Positions 39,558-50,900 of a stretch of 64,000 nucleotides of DNA are shown in pieces. The position numbers were made by a program, and so were the translations under genes. The notes beneath the pieces were generated by a model that was not told the DNA's origin, searched no databases, and was given only the letters and a program-made list of their open reading frames with translations. This DNA is from an uncultured delta proteobacterium (GTDB lineage: Bacteria > Desulfobacterota > BSN033 > UBA1163), in assembly GCA_963827685.1 (NCBI GenBank), contig CAWHBU010000003.1, forward strand, positions 192,001 through 256,000. Direction: 5' to 3'. Each line of letters begins with the position of its first letter. Positions within the stretch are counted from its first letter, which is position 1.

Positions 39558-40556
39558 TTACTTCTTTTTTGTGAGCAACTCTTTCAACTTGGGTCCTGTG
39601 GCAGGACATTTCCCCAGCACATCTTTCCAGCCTTCGTCGTATGCCACTTTGAGGAACTTCTCACTTTCAGCCGGAGGCAGGGTGTTAACCTGGATCCCTT
39701 CCTTGAGAAGTATAGGCCGCTCCTGTTTTGCAAGGTCATCAAAAAGAGCAACAACCTTTTTTTCAGCTTCCGCGGCTGCTTCCGTCAAAAGATTCTGAAG
39801 CTTCTTGGGGAGCTTGTTCCATGCGTTTAGGTTCATAAGAAGGGGGTTTGGCACTTGGTAAAAACCCGGATCAACAACATATTTTGTCTGCTTATCCCAG
39901 CCCCAATCACGAGTCCCAACCGATGGCCAGCAATAACCGTCGACAACGTTCCTTTCGAGAGCGGAATATACTTCCGTGGGTGGTATTGCAACAGGATTCC
40001 CGCCAAGCCCCTTTATCACTTGCAGGTACATGGGGGACACACGAATGTTGAATCCCTTGAGGTCTGCGGTCTTGATGGGTTTTTCAAGGTAGAGATGGAA
40101 TTGTATGCCCAGACCGAGTCTTGCCAGGTAATAGAGCCCGATCTTCTCGTGGAGTTGATTGATATAGGCCCAGGCACCTTTTGCTCTTTCTTCGGCAGGT
40201 GTCAAGACAGACAGCTTGAGGGCATCCACATCAGGTAAGACCGATACGTAGTAGGCATTGGTGGTGAAAACCATATCGACCATGCCACGCTGACAGGCCT
40301 GGACCTGATCCATCGTTTTGACCGCTTCCGGTCCCCCGATGTATTGAATCTTCAGTTCCCCGGGATATTTCTTTGCAACCATCTGTTCCACCAGGTCCGT
40401 GAAGATTGTAAAGGCTTTGTACTCACTGGCTGTCTTGGGCCATCCGGTAACTGCCTTCAGGGTAACTGTTTCCGCTTTAACCGGCCCGCTCACAAAACCA
40501 CAAACCAGGAACGCGAATAAAACTGCACAAAATAGAACTGGTAATCTCTTTCCCAT
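39558..40556 (-). CDS. dctP: TRAP transporter substrate-binding protein
   Basis: GGPE, DLKGFNIRV, EVYSALERNVVDG. Confidence 0.9.
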   Translation of the reverse strand: MGKRLPVLFCAVLFAFLVCGFVSGPVKAETVTLKAVTGWPKTASEYKAFTIFTDLVEQMVAKKYPGELKIQYIGGPEAVKTMDQVQACQRGMVDMVFTTNAYYVSVLPDVDALKLSVLTPAEERAKGAWAYINQLHEKIGLYYLARLGLGIQFHLYLEKPIKTADLKGFNIRVSPMYLQVIKGLGGNPVAIPPTEVYSALERNVVDGYCWPSVGTRDWGWDKQTKYVVDPGFYQVPNPLLMNLNAWNKLPKKLQNLLTEAAAEAEKKVVALFDDLAKQERPILLKEGIQVNTLPPAESEKFLKVAYDEGWKDVLGKCPATGPKLKELLTKKK

Positions 40557-40714
40557 AGCAGACCCTCCTTCTCTTATATTATTTGCATTCAGCGGATTGT
40601 GCATAGCGTTTAGCGGACGGTAAACAATCTTTGGTCCTTTGTCTACGCTTCATGCTAAAACACTTCACGCTGTTCATGCCTGTCCTCCATACTACCATAA
40701 ATCCCGCTCCGGTT

Positions 40715-42037
40715 CTAATGCACCATTCCCATAAGATTTGGCACAACCGTTGCTATTTTCGGCATTGCCATCACAAAGGCGATGCATAGGACATCTACGA
40801 TGACATAGGGAGTTACCGCCTTCCAGATATCACCCATCGTTACATCAGGAGGAGCTACGCCTTTCATCACAAAGAGCGTGACACCGAAAGGAGGGGTTAT
40901 CAGGCCGGTCTCGAGGGCGATAAGCATCATCACGCCGAACCAGATTTTGTTAAACCCGAAGGCATTGACGACGGGCATGTATATCGGTATGGTGATCATC
41001 ATAATGGCAACGGTTTCCATGAAACAGCCCATAATAAGAACGACGACCAGCATACCGATGAGTATTACTATCGGCGATATGGCGAGGTTGCTAATAAAGT
41101 TCGTCATTCCTGCCGCCGCACCGGTAAAGGCTAATATCTCACCGTATGTGGTTGAGACAATAATAATCATGAATATCATTACCGTGACTTTGACGGTACT
41201 GTAAACCGACTTCTTGATAATTTCCCAATTTAAACGCCTGTAAAGAACGGCTAGGACAAATGCTCCGAATGTTCCTGCTGCGGCCGATTCCGTAGGAGTT
41301 GCGACACCAAGAAATATGAGACCTATGACCAGAAAGATGATGAAGCCGAGGGGTACCAGGTCTCGTAAGGTAACCCGCAGCTTTTCTTTCAAAGGGACTT
41401 TCGGCACAATATACATAGGTGCTTCTTCAGGTCTGATACGCAGCCATAGTACGACGTAGATGAAGTAGAGAGCAGACATCATGATACCCGCCGGTATGCC
41501 GGCCATGAGAAGTTGTCCGACATCGATATTGGCAAGACTTGCGAGGACCACGGTAAGTGCATTGGGAGGGATAAGCGCATCGACCGTACCTACGCCCATG
41601 AGTGGCCCGAGACTCATGTTCTTGCTGTAGCCTTTTTCCAGCATTTGAGGGAGCAGGATGGTGCCGAGGAGGGCGCATGTCGCAATCGTGGAGCCGCTCA
41701 AAGCCCCGATGATAACACCCATAATAATAGCCAGAAGAGACAGCCTTCCCCGGAGGTTGCCAAGCCATTTATCAAGCACATTCACTGCATTAAGCCCAAG
41801 GCCTGAATGGAATATCAATTCACCCATAAGGATGAAAAAGGGCACGGGGAGAAGGGTAAAGGTTGTAATGGACGTAAAAGCTCCTGTTGCTACCCCGACA
41901 AGGCCCGGTAGCCCTCCCAGAAAATAATATGCCGCAATTAAATTGACAACCAGAAAAGCAAAGGCAATAGGTAGGTTGGTGAGCAATAGGAAAACCATAC
42001 CGCCAAAAAGCAACGAAATAATCAGCCACCATTCCAT
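40715..42037 (-). CDS. dctM: TRAP transporter large permease
   Basis: VPFFILMG, LIPPN, ATPTESAA, IWFG, ITPPFG. Confidence 0.92.
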   Translation of the reverse strand: MEWWLIISLLFGGMVFLLLTNLPIAFAFLVVNLIAAYYFLGGLPGLVGVATGAFTSITTFTLLPVPFFILMGELIFHSGLGLNAVNVLDKWLGNLRGRLSLLAIIMGVIIGALSGSTIATCALLGTILLPQMLEKGYSKNMSLGPLMGVGTVDALIPPNALTVVLASLANIDVGQLLMAGIPAGIMMSALYFIYVVLWLRIRPEEAPMYIVPKVPLKEKLRVTLRDLVPLGFIIFLVIGLIFLGVATPTESAAAGTFGAFVLAVLYRRLNWEIIKKSVYSTVKVTVMIFMIIIVSTTYGEILAFTGAAAGMTNFISNLAISPIVILIGMLVVVLIMGCFMETVAIMMITIPIYMPVVNAFGFNKIWFGVMMLIALETGLITPPFGVTLFVMKGVAPPDVTMGDIWKAVTPYVIVDVLCIAFVMAMPKIATVVPNLMGMVH

Positions 42038-42040
42038 GAG

Positions 42041-42535
42041 TTACCTCCCTGTCCTTATATCGATAAGTTTGCTCCACGCTATCCTGAAGAACTGGATCGT
42101 AAGAAAGATGCTGCCTATGGGGATGATAATAAAAACAGCCGACTTGGGGACAGTCATTGCCCTTACATCGGTTACCCCATGTATAATACAGTCACAAATA
42201 TGGATAACTCCAAGATAAAACAACATGAAACAGGCAATCCCACCGATAACGGACATGATAAAATCGAGATAACGCTTGGTCTTCTCATTGAGATGAACAT
42301 ATATGACATCGGTGGTGATATGTCCTCCTTCTCTCAAGAGCCAGGTTGTTCCAAGGAAGACTATCCACAAAAGGGCATATTCGCTCATCGGTACGATCCA
42401 TATGGTTGTCTGTCTAAATACGAATCGCATGAAAATGGTATAGCACATAGCGGCCGATATAAAGACCAGCAATACTCCGGCCGAGGCTGCCATTAAGTCT
42501 GAAAGCTTATCAAAAAACCTCCAGAATCCTTTCAT
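42041..42535 (-). CDS. dctQ: TRAP transporter small permease
   Basis: Four TM helices; EYALLWIVFLG, GGHITTD. Confidence 0.88.
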   Translation of the reverse strand: MKGFWRFFDKLSDLMAASAGVLLVFISAAMCYTIFMRFVFRQTTIWIVPMSEYALLWIVFLGTTWLLREGGHITTDVIYVHLNEKTKRYLDFIMSVIGGIACFMLFYLGVIHICDCIIHGVTDVRAMTVPKSAVFIIIPIGSIFLTIQFFRIAWSKLIDIRTGR

Positions 42536-42592
42536 TGAACGTCCTCCTTTCTCAAAAGCCTTTTCCATTCTCGTTCGTCTTTGTTGAGTTTA

Positions 42593-43480
42593 TCATCGGT
42601 CTCCTGAAGTTGAATGACCCGCTCTCTGCTTCAATCTTTCCCATTCCTCATCCACATCCATTTGAATCTGTCTGATCTGCTCTTCCTTCAGGTGTCTGAA
42701 TCTCCCCTGTTTCAGGAGGTACTCCTGGACAGGGAGACGGCGTGGTTCACGATTGATGGTGTATCGCTTTCCATCTTCCACCTCGTAAAGGGGAAAGATA
42801 TTCGTTTCCACAGCGAGAATGGACAATTCAGGGGAGATATCCGATGGCGTCTTCCAGCCTGTTGGGCAGGGGACAAGCATATGAATGAATTTTGTCCCCC
42901 GGATACTTTTCGCTTTGGTGATTTTCTGCTGGAGATCACGGGGAAAACCGATGCCGGCTGTGGCCGAATATGGATTGTAATGGGCGGCCATGATCTCCAT
43001 GATGTTTTTCTTCCGGCGGGGGTTCCCTTCGGGGGTCGTGCCCGTCCAGGCGTACGAAGGGGTTGCAGAGCTCACCTGAATCCCGGTGTTCATGTAGGCT
43101 TCGTTATCGAGGCAGACGTAGATGATATCCTCATTGTTCTTTGTCGCCCCCGAAAGAGACTGCAAACCAATGTCAAACGTTCCGCCATCTCCCGCAAAGG
43201 CCAGCACCTGAATATCATCCCTCCCCTGGATTTTGAGGGCATTGGCTATCCCCGCGGCAGTCGGTGCGGCTATCTCAAAAGCAGAATGAATCGTCGAGAC
43301 ACCATAGGAAGTGTTAGGGTACACACCTCCTATTGCTCCTTCACAGGACGGAACGATGACGGTAATGGTTCGAGGTCCCATGGCCTGAAGGACCAGTTTC
43401 ATGCCGATGGCGAGTCCGCAACCCGCGCATGCTGCATGACCAGGCCGAAGTAAATTGGGTTGCTGTGCAGGTGAAGCCAT
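42593..43480 (-). CDS. porB: 2-oxoacid:acceptor oxidoreductase beta subunit
   Basis: GHAACAGCG, AGDGGTFDIG, DNEAYMNTG, PCPTGW. Confidence 0.9.
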   Translation of the reverse strand: MASPAQQPNLLRPGHAACAGCGLAIGMKLVLQAMGPRTITVIVPSCEGAIGGVYPNTSYGVSTIHSAFEIAAPTAAGIANALKIQGRDDIQVLAFAGDGGTFDIGLQSLSGATKNNEDIIYVCLDNEAYMNTGIQVSSATPSYAWTGTTPEGNPRRKKNIMEIMAAHYNPYSATAGIGFPRDLQQKITKAKSIRGTKFIHMLVPCPTGWKTPSDISPELSILAVETNIFPLYEVEDGKRYTINREPRRLPVQEYLLKQGRFRHLKEEQIRQIQMDVDEEWERLKQRAGHSTSGDR

Positions 43481-43586
43481 TGAATCCTCCCAATATTTGC
43501 ATTTCAAACAACTCTAATTTTAGATTTCAGAATTAAGATTTCAGATTTTTGCAATCCCCAATCCGAAATCCGCAATCCGCAATTGA

Positions 43587-44739
43587 CTACTCTTCCATCA
43601 CCCATATGGGTTTGTCAAAAGGCTCAGATCGATTCATAACTTCCAGGGAAATTTTTTGAATCACTTCAGGAGTGACATCTGTACCCCCTACTCCCGCAAT
43701 ATAACTATAGGTAAGTGGATGGTCTGAAGAATGGATCAGTGCTGCTCTCAACTCCTGACAAAATATCCCTCCGCTTCCGAGGGAGATGTTTCTGTCGATG
43801 ACGGCAATCTTCCTCTTTCCTTTAAGGGCATCTCGAACGGCTTCCACCGGAAAAGGTCTGAAGAGGCGTATTTTAAGCAACCCAATCTTATGTCCCTGTT
43901 TTCGAAGGTCTCTTATCACCATCCTTGCCGTACTTGTGATCGATCCGGCCGTCACAAGAACAATCTCTGCATCTTCGACCATGATGGGCTCAACGATCCC
44001 GTAGTCTCTTCCAAATTCCTTCTTAAATTCCTCATCCACCTTTACGGCAACCTCTTTCACGGAGTCCATGGACCCCTGGGCCATATGCTTATACTTCCGA
44101 TATAATTCCGATGAAACCACAGGGACGAGAAATCCTGGTTTGTCGATATCGAACTTATGAGGTAGATCCATAGGCGGAAGGAACCGATCGACCTGCTCTT
44201 GCTCGGGGAGGTCAACAACCTCCATGAAGTGGGAGACAAAAAAGGCCTCCAGAGATATCATGACGGGGAGATATACCTGCTCTGCTATCCTGTACGCCTG
44301 GATGACAGTATCCAGGGCTTCCTGACCATTTTCGCAATAAAATTGAATCCACCCCGTATCCCGCTGGGAAAGGCTGTCTAACTGGTCAGCCCAGAATCCC
44401 CATGGCGCCGCTAAGAGACGATTGACATTGGCCATCACGACCGGAGACTCGGCACCCCGCTGCGAAATGAAGCATCTCATGCATCAGGGCAATGCCCTGG
44501 GAGGAAGTGGCCGTAAACGTCCTCACGCCTGTCAAGGAGGCGGCAATACACGCTGCCATGGCAGAATGCTCAGACTCCGTCCGCATCATGACTCCTTTGA
44601 GCAGGCCTGATGCTTCCCATTCCGAGAGCTTTTCATAGATAGCGGTCTGCGGTGTGATGGGATAGGCGGCAACGAATGGAGTACGGCAGAGCTTGACAGC
44701 GTTCGCTACCGCATGATTCCCAGTCATAAAATCTTTCAT
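43587..44739 (-). pseudogene. porA: 2-oxoacid oxidoreductase alpha subunit, +1 frameshift near 44445
   Basis: AYPITPQT, ESEHSA, TATSSQG in one frame; PVVMANVNR...RDTGW...FRPFP in the next. Confidence 0.85.
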
Positions 44740-46464
44740 GGGGTTTCCTTCATCTCTACGACATTCCTCGGACAAGACTTTGCACAAGTCCCACACCCTT
44801 TGCAATGGTCAAGGTCAACGTACTTTGTCTGGTGAAGAGGATCGAGTGAAATCGCCCCTTCGGGGCAAAAGAAATAGCAATTGTAGCAGTAGTTACATGT
44901 TCCGCAGGAAAAACACCTCGAAGCAGACAGGCCGGCCTCTTCTGCAGATAAACCGCGATTCACTTCCGAAAACCCTCTCCGTCTCTGGTCGAGGCCGAGT
45001 TTGCGCATATTGATTTTTTTGCTATGCTCAAAGTATAACGTGTTTATCCTGTCATATGAAATGATGTTCTTGGGATCTGGCCATTTTTCCTCATCCCTCC
45101 CGGAAAGATAAGCTTCCATCGAAACAGAACCTTTATTTCCAAGTCTGATCTTAGAAAAAACGTCGTCGCAAGAATTTCCCCTCAGATGAAGATCAATGGA
45201 AATGGCAGCCCTCTTCCCTGAAGAGATAGCAGTGACGATGGTTCGGGGCTGGTCAACAGCATCTCCCCCTGCAAAAACCTTGTGAGACGGATTCACATCA
45301 ATTAGATCATTCTTAATAAGCTCCTGAGGAATCCATGAAAGATCAACTTGTTCACCAACAGCTGTGATGAGACGGTCGGCTTCCAGGGTGAGAAATTTTC
45401 CCCTGAGAGGGATCGCTCTGGGTCTGCCACTTTGATCCGAACTGCTCAGCTTCATTCTTTGGAATTTGACAGCCAACTTCTTATTCTTGAGAAGGTTTAC
45501 CTTTAGAGGCTGAATCAAGAACTCAAATCCTACTCCTTCCTCCCCGGCTTCAACGATTTCGTCTTGAATGGCCGGCATTTCATTTCTGGTCCTTCGATAG
45601 GCGACCGTCACTTTTGAACCAAGACGCAAAGCCGACCGGGCCACATCCATGGCTGTATTGCCTCCCCCGATCACAAGGGTCTCTCTTCCTAGAGTAGCCT
45701 TCTCCCTTGAATTGATCCGCTCCAAAAAATCTCCACCCTTCCAGACCCGTTTCAAATCTTCGCCCTCGATGGAAAGAACTGCACTCAGTCTGGCTCCGGG
45801 AGAGAGAAAAACGGCATCAAACCGGGTCAACTCGCTAAAAGAAAGGTCTTTCCCCACGTTGATACCTGTTTCCATCTCGATGGGCAAATTGAATATCCTC
45901 CGAATCTCTCTTTTTAATACAGATTTGGGGAGGCGATATTCGGGAATCCCCCAACGCATTATGCCCCCTGGTTCCTTTTTAGCCTCGAAAACCGTCACCT
46001 GATGGCCCAGGAGAGAGAGGAAGTAGGCACAGGAAAGTCCTGCCGGACCTGCGCCCACAATGGCAACCCTTTTTGAATTCCTATTCTGTACCGGTTTGAG
46101 ATCCGGAAGCTGATTCGATGCTGTATCAGATACATATCTTTCCATCGAGCGAATGGATACAGATTCATCATACTGAGCCTCTGTTGCAGTCAGTCTCACA
46201 GGGATGGAAACAGACTCTCCCGCATATTCCGGGGAAAGGATTCTCTTTCAGAAGGGTTTGAAGGGCCTCGTCATATCGGCCCTCACCTGCCAGGTAGAGG
46301 AATTGGGGAATGGGATTTCCTGCGGGGCAAGCCTCCTGGCAAGGGGCTGTCATGAAGGATGTCTGTGGTTTCTGGAAACCCCATTTACCGGTTTCTATAA
46401 CTTCCGTGCTTCCATAGGAAATCGGAATGACAAACTCAGAGGAATGGTCGGAATTCGTTTTCAA
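44736..46464 (-). pseudogene. GltD/NfnB-like FAD-NAD(P) oxidoreductase fused to a PorD-like ferredoxin, +1 frameshift near 46180
   Basis: APCQEACP, NPFPGICGRVC, GAGPAG, GGGNTAMD, C-terminal CFSCGTCNYCYNC and CKGCGTC. Confidence 0.85.
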
Positions 46465-46469
46465 TCGCC

Positions 46470-47021
46470 CTATCCTTCTGCCTCGTATATTTTTACCTGA
46501 TTATAAGCCTCTCTCACGGCTTGAACATTTTCTTCTTTTTTTGCCGGTGCCATTGCCTTGACGGTTTCAGTCAACGTCTTTATTGTGATCAAATTTGTTA
46601 AACGTACATAAGCACCCAACATGGCGGTATTGAACGTGGCTCCCAGGCCAAGACTTCTGGCAATCGGACCCGCATCAATCAGACCGATTCTAAATCTCCG
46701 CAATTTCCTAAAAAAATCGATTCCCTGATGGCTATTTATCAGAATCGATCCATTCGGTTTGAGTTCCTGCAATATTTCCATTTCATCGATTAAGGAAAAA
46801 TCGAAAATAATCATCTGGTCAGGATGATAGATCTGGCACTTCAAGAGAATGGGTTGCTCATCGACACGCAGGAATCCAACGACAGGAGCCCCTCGGCGCT
46901 CCCCTCCGAAGAGAGAAAAACATTGGGGGTATTTTCCTTCCGAGAAAAAGGCCCTTCCTAAAATCTCGGAGGCAACCACCGCCCCCTGTCCTCCACGGCC
47001 TCTAAATTTGATTTCGATCAT
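46470..47021 (-). CDS. porC: 2-oxoacid oxidoreductase gamma subunit
   Basis: GRGGQGAV, FGGERRGAPV, NTAMLGA. Confidence 0.9.
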   Translation of the reverse strand: MIEIKFRGRGGQGAVVASEILGRAFFSEGKYPQCFSLFGGERRGAPVVGFLRVDEQPILLKCQIYHPDQMIIFDFSLIDEMEILQELKPNGSILINSHQGIDFFRKLRRFRIGLIDAGPIARSLGLGATFNTAMLGAYVRLTNLITIKTLTETVKAMAPAKKEENVQAVREAYNQVKIYEAEG

Positions 47022-47027
47022 AGAAAG

Positions 47028-47708
47028 TTATCTCTTCGCTTTAGGGGCTTCTTTAAAGGCATATCTCAAGATATCCTTTTTGGATTGCTCCATATGGTGC
47101 TGGATGGCTTTATTCACCCCTTCCAAATTCCGTTTTTCTATCGCTCGAAGGATTCCCTTATGCCCGTCAATGGCCCTTAAGACATTGTCAACCGAATAGA
47201 TACTCTGGATTCTGTATCGCAGCATATGCCGCCTCAAGGTCTGAGCCAGCTCGAACAAGCGCTGGCTTCCGCTAAATTTGGAAATAATCTCATGAAATTT
47301 TGCATCCATATCCACAAATGCCCTCGCGTCTCCTTTTGAAACCTTATCTTCCGCAATAGATATGTTCTTTTCCAGCTCTACAACCAATTTTTCATGGGCT
47401 TTTTCCATAGCCCAGCGAGCAGCCAATCCTTCTATCGCTGCCCTGATCTCACATATCTCTTCAACTTCCTGTTCACTGATGGGCTTAACGACATAGCCTA
47501 CCCTGGGTATCGACTCGATAAGACCCTCTAATTCCAAACTATGAAGAGCCTCTCTCACCGGCGTTCTGGATGTCCCAATGTCCCGTGCGATCTTGGCCTC
47601 TATTAAATGTTGATGAGGTTGTATCTTACCGCTTAAAAGCTGCTCGCGAAGGTGCTCATAGATCTTCCTGCGAATCGTCTTTTCACTTTTTATAACGAGT
47701 CTACGCAT
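47028..47708 (-). CDS. GntR/FadR-family transcriptional regulator
   Basis: SRTPVREAL HTH; FCD domain (FH, H). Confidence 0.92.
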   Translation of the reverse strand: MRRLVIKSEKTIRRKIYEHLREQLLSGKIQPHQHLIEAKIARDIGTSRTPVREALHSLELEGLIESIPRVGYVVKPISEQEVEEICEIRAAIEGLAARWAMEKAHEKLVVELEKNISIAEDKVSKGDARAFVDMDAKFHEIISKFSGSQRLFELAQTLRRHMLRYRIQSIYSVDNVLRAIDGHKGILRAIEKRNLEGVNKAIQHHMEQSKKDILRYAFKEAPKAKR

Positions 47709-47878
47709 CAGGGGTACTGTACCCCAGTTAATTCCCCATTGTCAAGAATTTTTTTCATAACATGTACCTTCTCCTGTTTGACGCGGTCGTGGCATCTTAC
47801 TCCGCAAAATGTTAACATATCGATTAGACAACCTCCTAAATAGAAATGGATTGCGAGATGGGAAAAGGAGATGGCTCA

Positions 47879-49162
47879 ATGGATTGCTATGTCAACTATG
47901 GCGACCAAAAAAGAAACTTTCGGGTACCTGAGGGGTGGAACTTAATCTCCGCAGAGGACAAACCTCTTGTTCCCGGAGTCGTTGACCCGCTGCAAGAAAT
48001 CAAACGCTCCTTAGATCATCCCATCGGATCGCTCAAGATCGAAGAGTTGGCACGCCCGGGAATGGAGGTCGCTCTGTTATTCGATGATCTTCAGCGTCCA
48101 ACTCCGGTTCATCTGGCATTGCCCGAGATTCTGAATCGGCTTAATCGCGCTGGCATTCCGGACAATCGGATTAGTGGAATCTGTTCATTAGGCACACATC
48201 CTATTCCCACGTTGGAACAACTAAAAAAGAAAGTGGGGGAAGAAGTTTTCTCCCGTTTGCAGGACCATATCTTTCCCCATGATCCTCGTGCATCTGATAA
48301 TGTGATCATTGGAAAAACCCATCGGGGAACGCTTGTGGAAATCAATCCCCGGGTGGCATTCTCCGATCTCATTATCGGGGTTGGAGAATGCATGCCTCAT
48401 CCTTGTGCCGGATTCGGAGGGGGATGCAAGATTATCATGCCAGGGGTATGCTCCTATCGATCCGTGGCCGACCATCACTTCACCTGGATGCGCCATCGAA
48501 ATAGCAAGGTCAATCTTCTTGATGGAAATTCTTTTTATGAGGAAATCGTGGATGCAGGGCGTCTTTCAAGACTGGCATTTAAACTCGATTTCATCATTAA
48601 TGAAAAGAGAGAAGTCATCCGGGCCTTCGCAGGAGACCCTGTCGCAGAGCATAGAGAAGCCTCCCGCTATGCGGCCTCGCTTTATTTGGTCCCCCTGCCG
48701 AAAATGGCGGATGTGACGATTACTGCAGCCTTTCCGATGGAAATCGGGGTTCAAGCCACAAAGGCTTTGACCATGGCTGGATTTTGCACAAGATCCGGAG
48801 GAGCCATTATTTGGGTCGCCCCACAAAAAGAAGCAGGCTCGATCATGCCTTTGGTCAAGGAGATGGGAAGTTCGGAGAGTGCAGGAGATTTCCATCGTCG
48901 TCTGATCGAAGGGAACATTCCCGATCATCTCAAGTCTTTCGGAATCTCATACATTATGCAGGTCGTTTACTTCAAAGAAATGGCCGAAAAATTTGACGTC
49001 GTTCATGTCACCGAGGGGCTTTCGCCGGAGCAAGTGAAGATAATGAAATTTTCATATGCTTCCAGTATTCAAGAGGCGATCAACCGAGTCTCCGAAAAGA
49101 TGCCCCGAGCTGACGTAGCCGTCTTCCCATCTGGAGGCAATATCATTCCCGAAGTCCGATAA
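47879..49162 (+). CDS. LarA (lactate racemase)-family protein
   Basis: PIGS, DDLQRPTP, LGTH, HD, PHPCAGFGGGCKIIMPG. Confidence 0.85.
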   Translation: MDCYVNYGDQKRNFRVPEGWNLISAEDKPLVPGVVDPLQEIKRSLDHPIGSLKIEELARPGMEVALLFDDLQRPTPVHLALPEILNRLNRAGIPDNRISGICSLGTHPIPTLEQLKKKVGEEVFSRLQDHIFPHDPRASDNVIIGKTHRGTLVEINPRVAFSDLIIGVGECMPHPCAGFGGGCKIIMPGVCSYRSVADHHFTWMRHRNSKVNLLDGNSFYEEIVDAGRLSRLAFKLDFIINEKREVIRAFAGDPVAEHREASRYAASLYLVPLPKMADVTITAAFPMEIGVQATKALTMAGFCTRSGGAIIWVAPQKEAGSIMPLVKEMGSSESAGDFHRRLIEGNIPDHLKSFGISYIMQVVYFKEMAEKFDVVHVTEGLSPEQVKIMKFSYASSIQEAINRVSEKMPRADVAVFPSGGNIIPEVR

Positions 49163-49316
49163 TACTCTATCTTCGCCAACACCTCTCCAGTTCCCGTCCA
49201 CAGCTCCACACACCCAAATTCTTGCCGGGACTTACATGGATGATTATATTTGTCTTAAGAGGGATTTTAGATAACCTCGAGGTACAGTAAGATTAAAAGG
49301 TAAAGGAGGGATAAGA

Positions 49317-49847
49317 ATGAAAAAGATCATACATATATCGGTTGTTGTCGCATGCTTGCTGCTTGTTAGTTTGCTTACTGCTTATGCGGGGTACAATGGC
49401 GGAGCTCCATACTCTGGCTCCAAAGAGTATGAACACATGAAACAGCTTATTGGTGTATGGGAAGGTACTTCCAACATGAGTAAAGAGGGGCAAACGGCAA
49501 GGGTGGAGTATCGCCTGACGGCTGGGGGTAGCGCAGTCGTCGAAACGCTCTTCCCGGGTACTCCCGAAGAGATGATTTCCGTTTACTATGATAGGAAGGG
49601 GAAACTTTCAATGACTCACTATTGCATGCTCCAAAATCAACCTTCCATGAAGCTCCTAAAAGCCGGAACAGACAAATTCGATTTTATCTTTGCTGGAGGG
49701 AGTGGCATTAATCCGAAGAAGGACGCTCATATGCATGCCTTAACCATTTCATTTGTCGATAAGGATCACATCGTCCAAAATTGGACTTTGTTTGAAGATG
49801 ACAAAGAAAAGGAAGTGACGAGACTGAATCTATCTCGTGTGCATTAA
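49317..49847 (+). CDS. Exported hypothetical protein
   Basis: Signal peptide; G.WEG, GSAVVETLFPG, MTHYC, HMH. Confidence 0.7.
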   Translation: MKKIIHISVVVACLLLVSLLTAYAGYNGGAPYSGSKEYEHMKQLIGVWEGTSNMSKEGQTARVEYRLTAGGSAVVETLFPGTPEEMISVYYDRKGKLSMTHYCMLQNQPSMKLLKAGTDKFDFIFAGGSGINPKKDAHMHALTISFVDKDHIVQNWTLFEDDKEKEVTRLNLSRVH

Positions 49848-49854
49848 ACGTTAG

Positions 49855-49918
49855 ATAGAACGAAAAGGCTCATCGGGAGCCGGATTTATCGGCGATCCGA
49901 AGCAGCCGTTTGTTATCT
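49855..49918 (-). other. attC site (cassette 9)
   Basis: R'' AGATAAC ... R' GTTCTAT with internal palindrome; similar to 52600-52662. Confidence 0.8.
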
Positions 49919-50377
49919 GCTCTTCGATTTTGCTTTGGCCCAGGTTTCACCGGTTCCGCGAACAACAACGATTTCATTGTCCTCGATATCTCGGACCAAG
50001 ATATTATTCATCCGCTTTTCGTCGGGCCGCTCTATTCTAAACTCGACTTCACTCACACCCCAAGGGTCAATTTTGATTGGTAAGTTTATCTGGTTTCTGT
50101 ATCCACGACCTTCCAAAATACTTTCACCCTCCCGGATATATATGTCAACTATTGCTGTAGGGCGATGGCTGAGATTCCTGAAGAGTAAAGTGATTTTAGT
50201 TCGGTCGTCATCGCTGCCAAGATAAAAGTTATTTCTCTGCCACACTTCGATTTGTGCCTTGCTCCTGGCACGTTCAGAAATGATATTCCAATAGAGGGCA
50301 ATTATGGCAACAGCGAGAGCAACACCTGAAATCAATATCGGTAACCACTTGCTCCAATTAAAATGTGCTTCGTCCAA
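49913..50377 (-). CDS. Cassette 9: membrane-anchored hypothetical protein
   Basis: N-terminal TM; stop codon lies in the R'' box. Confidence 0.75.
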   Translation of the reverse strand: MDEAHFNWSKWLPILISGVALAVAIIALYWNIISERARSKAQIEVWQRNNFYLGSDDDRTKITLLFRNLSHRPTAIVDIYIREGESILEGRGYRNQINLPIKIDPWGVSEVEFRIERPDEKRMNNILVRDIEDNEIVVVRGTGETWAKAKSKSR

Positions 50378-50895
50378 AGTGAGACTCCTTTTATTTTATT
50401 ACGTGTAGATAACGCCGCGGATAACCTGGACAAAAAGCGCAAGCTTTTTGGATCAGGGTTGATCCGCTTGTTATATGGTATCGAGTTCAGAATAAGATAT
50501 GCTATGTTCTGCCGATGGTATAAAAAAATAGACCGATTCCATATTACCCAACTGATAAGCCCTCCAATACAATAAGCTAGCACATCAAAAGGGTCCGATG
50601 TGCCCTTTCCGAAAAAATAAGGACCGATAAATTCAAAAGCTATTGACCATATTGCTAATGGTATAACTATCTCCATAAGCATTGGAGGGGAATATTTTTC
50701 TCTGAACTTCAATATTCTTGAGAAAAAGAGAATTATAGGTAACATGACTGGTATCAGAAGCACATCGTTAAGATAGGCATTAATGAATTTGTGACCCCAC
50801 CAATAGGGTGGAAATAATGATAGCTTATTCACCGTGTATAATGTCGAGGAAAAGAGGAATAGAGGGTCTAAAATGTATTTAAAATTGGCATTCAT
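50332..50895 (-). CDS. Cassette 8 ORF2: multi-TM membrane protein (VanZ/DUF2809-like motifs)
   Basis: YLNDVLLIP, FE, SDPFDVLAYCIGG; ATG at 50895; frame runs through the attC. Confidence 0.65.
   Translation of the reverse strand: MNANFKYILDPLFLFSSTLYTVNKLSLFPPYWWGHKFINAYLNDVLLIPVMLPIILFFSRILKFREKYSPPMLMEIVIPLAIWSIAFEFIGPYFFGKGTSDPFDVLAYCIGGLISWVIWNRSIFLYHRQNIAYLILNSIPYNKRINPDPKSLRFLSRLSAALSTRNKIKGVSLWTKHILIGASGYRY
50407..50476 (-). other. attC site (cassette 8)
   Basis: R'' ATATAAC ... R' GTTATCT; GCGGAT-AACCTG / CAGGGTTGATCCGC stem. Confidence 0.85.
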
Positions 50896-50900
50896 ATGAT

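Noticed and set aside
44386-46464. Programmed ribosomal frameshifting in porA and the oxidoreductase
   Set aside because: No slippery sequence at the junctions; the shared single-base signature points to sequence error.
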